A stretch of DNA of 63,343 nucleotides, counting the filler, from Sphacelaria rigidula (lineage: Eukaryota), in assembly GCA_964200075.2 (NCBI GenBank). It is 7 parts of 7 records of this genome, joined end to end, with 100 filler letters (N's around TTAATTAATTAA, not from the genome) between each part and the next. Parts side by side here need not be neighbours in the genome. Positions count along the whole stretch, not along the records: positions 54,382 to 63,343 come from CAXNAA020009635.1; 6 more parts are not named here. One strand, written 5' to 3'. The notes under the pieces are model-generated. The model did no database searches. It was given only the letters and a program-made list of their open reading frames with translations, and was not told the origin of the DNA. A program made the translations under genes and the position numbers. Of the stretch, positions 62,201 to 63,343 are shown piece after piece; within the stretch, counting starts at the first letter, position 1, and the number at the start of each line of letters is the position of its first letter.

Positions 62201-63343
62201 AGAGTTGTGAGTATTATGACCTCAGACGCAACATGCCGTCAAGACTACTGTTTACATCGGAATCGACTTGTAACGTACGCTTGTCCATGATTGGGTTGGT
62301 AATCTTTGCCCATCATTAGGGGTTGATAATCCACGGTGCTAGTGTTGGTTACTTGAAAGCATCTCGATCAGCAGAAGCATGAACTACTTAAATCAGTCAC
62401 TCTCGGCCGGGTGCCGTGTACCTATTGCTGTGCTTTCCCCAATATGGATACTGCAGGTGATCAAAGAACAGGCTATCAAACCGTATCGTCTTTGAACAAA
62501 TTTTGCATGCCACAATACGTAGATCAAGAGCCTCCCTCGTCCAGCATCCCGTTGTTTCCCTCTTATTATTTTTACCTGGTTAAAAGGTTACACACGTTTA
62601 CACTCGGACAAATTATTCGTGGCAATATTCCCCAAACAAGGTAATTTGGAATAGCCACCGTACACACCCGTGTCACGTGTTCACTCGGAGTGACTGGTCG
62701 TTGGAGACTGCACACAGATACCCTTTGACCCAGCTGGACAGCGGCAGTTGCTCCGGACAACAAGTCCATCACAATTGTTTTTCCTCGAACATGGAGAGAT
62801 AGACATCTATCCACGATGTCCGGTATCCGTCCGTTGAGAAGGTGATGGGAAAGGCCTCCTCCGAAAGCTGGGTGCTGTCCAGGCTCTTGTACCTGCTGTA
62901 GATGTACGTTGGACCGCCGGTTCCCTGCTTCATTTCACCATGGGACGGAAAAAGAAGGCGATTGATCCGGGGGGAGCATGCAGATACTGCGTGGAAATCG
63001 TTCTTCACGCGAGTCTCAAGCGTCATAAGCACATTGCCCAGGTCACCGTTCACGGTGCCTTGCGGGTAGCGCATTTACGTTTGCAGACATGACACGGAAT
63101 GTTTGGAAGTACATATTTTAGGGGAAATCAACGCTGTTCATCGTTGTTGTCGTGCCCCCCTTGCACGCGCAAACGTGCCTCACGTGAAACGTAGACGTCC
63201 ATCTCCAAGAAGATTGAAGCAACAAACGCAGTAAGCATACTGCACAACGAATCCCCCATTACAGCAATAACAGCTGGTTAGACACCCATGAGGCAGTGTA
63301 TAAGCTGTGGCTGTCTCTGGGAGTGGCAATACCACAGAATAAA

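Noticed and set aside
60692-63074. Short minus-strand ORFs (61058-61387, 62769-63074) as viral or TE gene relics
   Set aside because: No recognisable motif or splice structure. A translated homology search would be needed.

Overview
Eukaryotic nuclear DNA, very probably a brown alga (Phaeophyceae). The evidence is long TE-rich introns, 72-nt single-LRR exons, TTAGGG-type repeats and a heterokont-style bipartite presequence. The window is not one locus. It is seven unrelated contigs of 8964, 8964, 8964, 8963, 8963, 8963 and 8962 bp, sorted by length and joined by artificial 100-bp spacers (N44-TTAATTAATTAA-N44). Contig 1 has two phase-1 72-nt LRR exons (one with a GC donor), a 60-bp minisatellite and a telomere-repeat-carrying MITE. 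Contig 2 has a putative plastid-targeted gene whose first intron holds nested hAT elements. Contig 3 has the 3' three exons of a Tweety (TTYH)-like gene and a large exon of unknown function. Contig 4 has eight exons of a secretory-pathway alpha-carbonic anhydrase. Contig 5 has a decayed Gypsy element whose integrase ends in a chromodomain plus a Tudor-like module, with a 49-bp-arm hairpin in its putative LTR. Contig 6 has a large UTP6 exon and a second decayed chromodomain Gypsy. Contig 7 has a tRNA-derived SINE, a (CAAT)n-tailed retroelement end and no identifiable gene. The best leads are mobile-DNA biology: 4-bp-TSD GAG/GAC MITEs (two 262-bp copies each sitting between pol and the polypurine tract (PPT) of a Gypsy), a TGT...ACA 5-bp-TSD MITE with an internal telomeric tract, a composite hAT carrying passenger DNA, and the two-reader integrase tail. 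All calls are by eye and no searches were run, so novelty is unverified.
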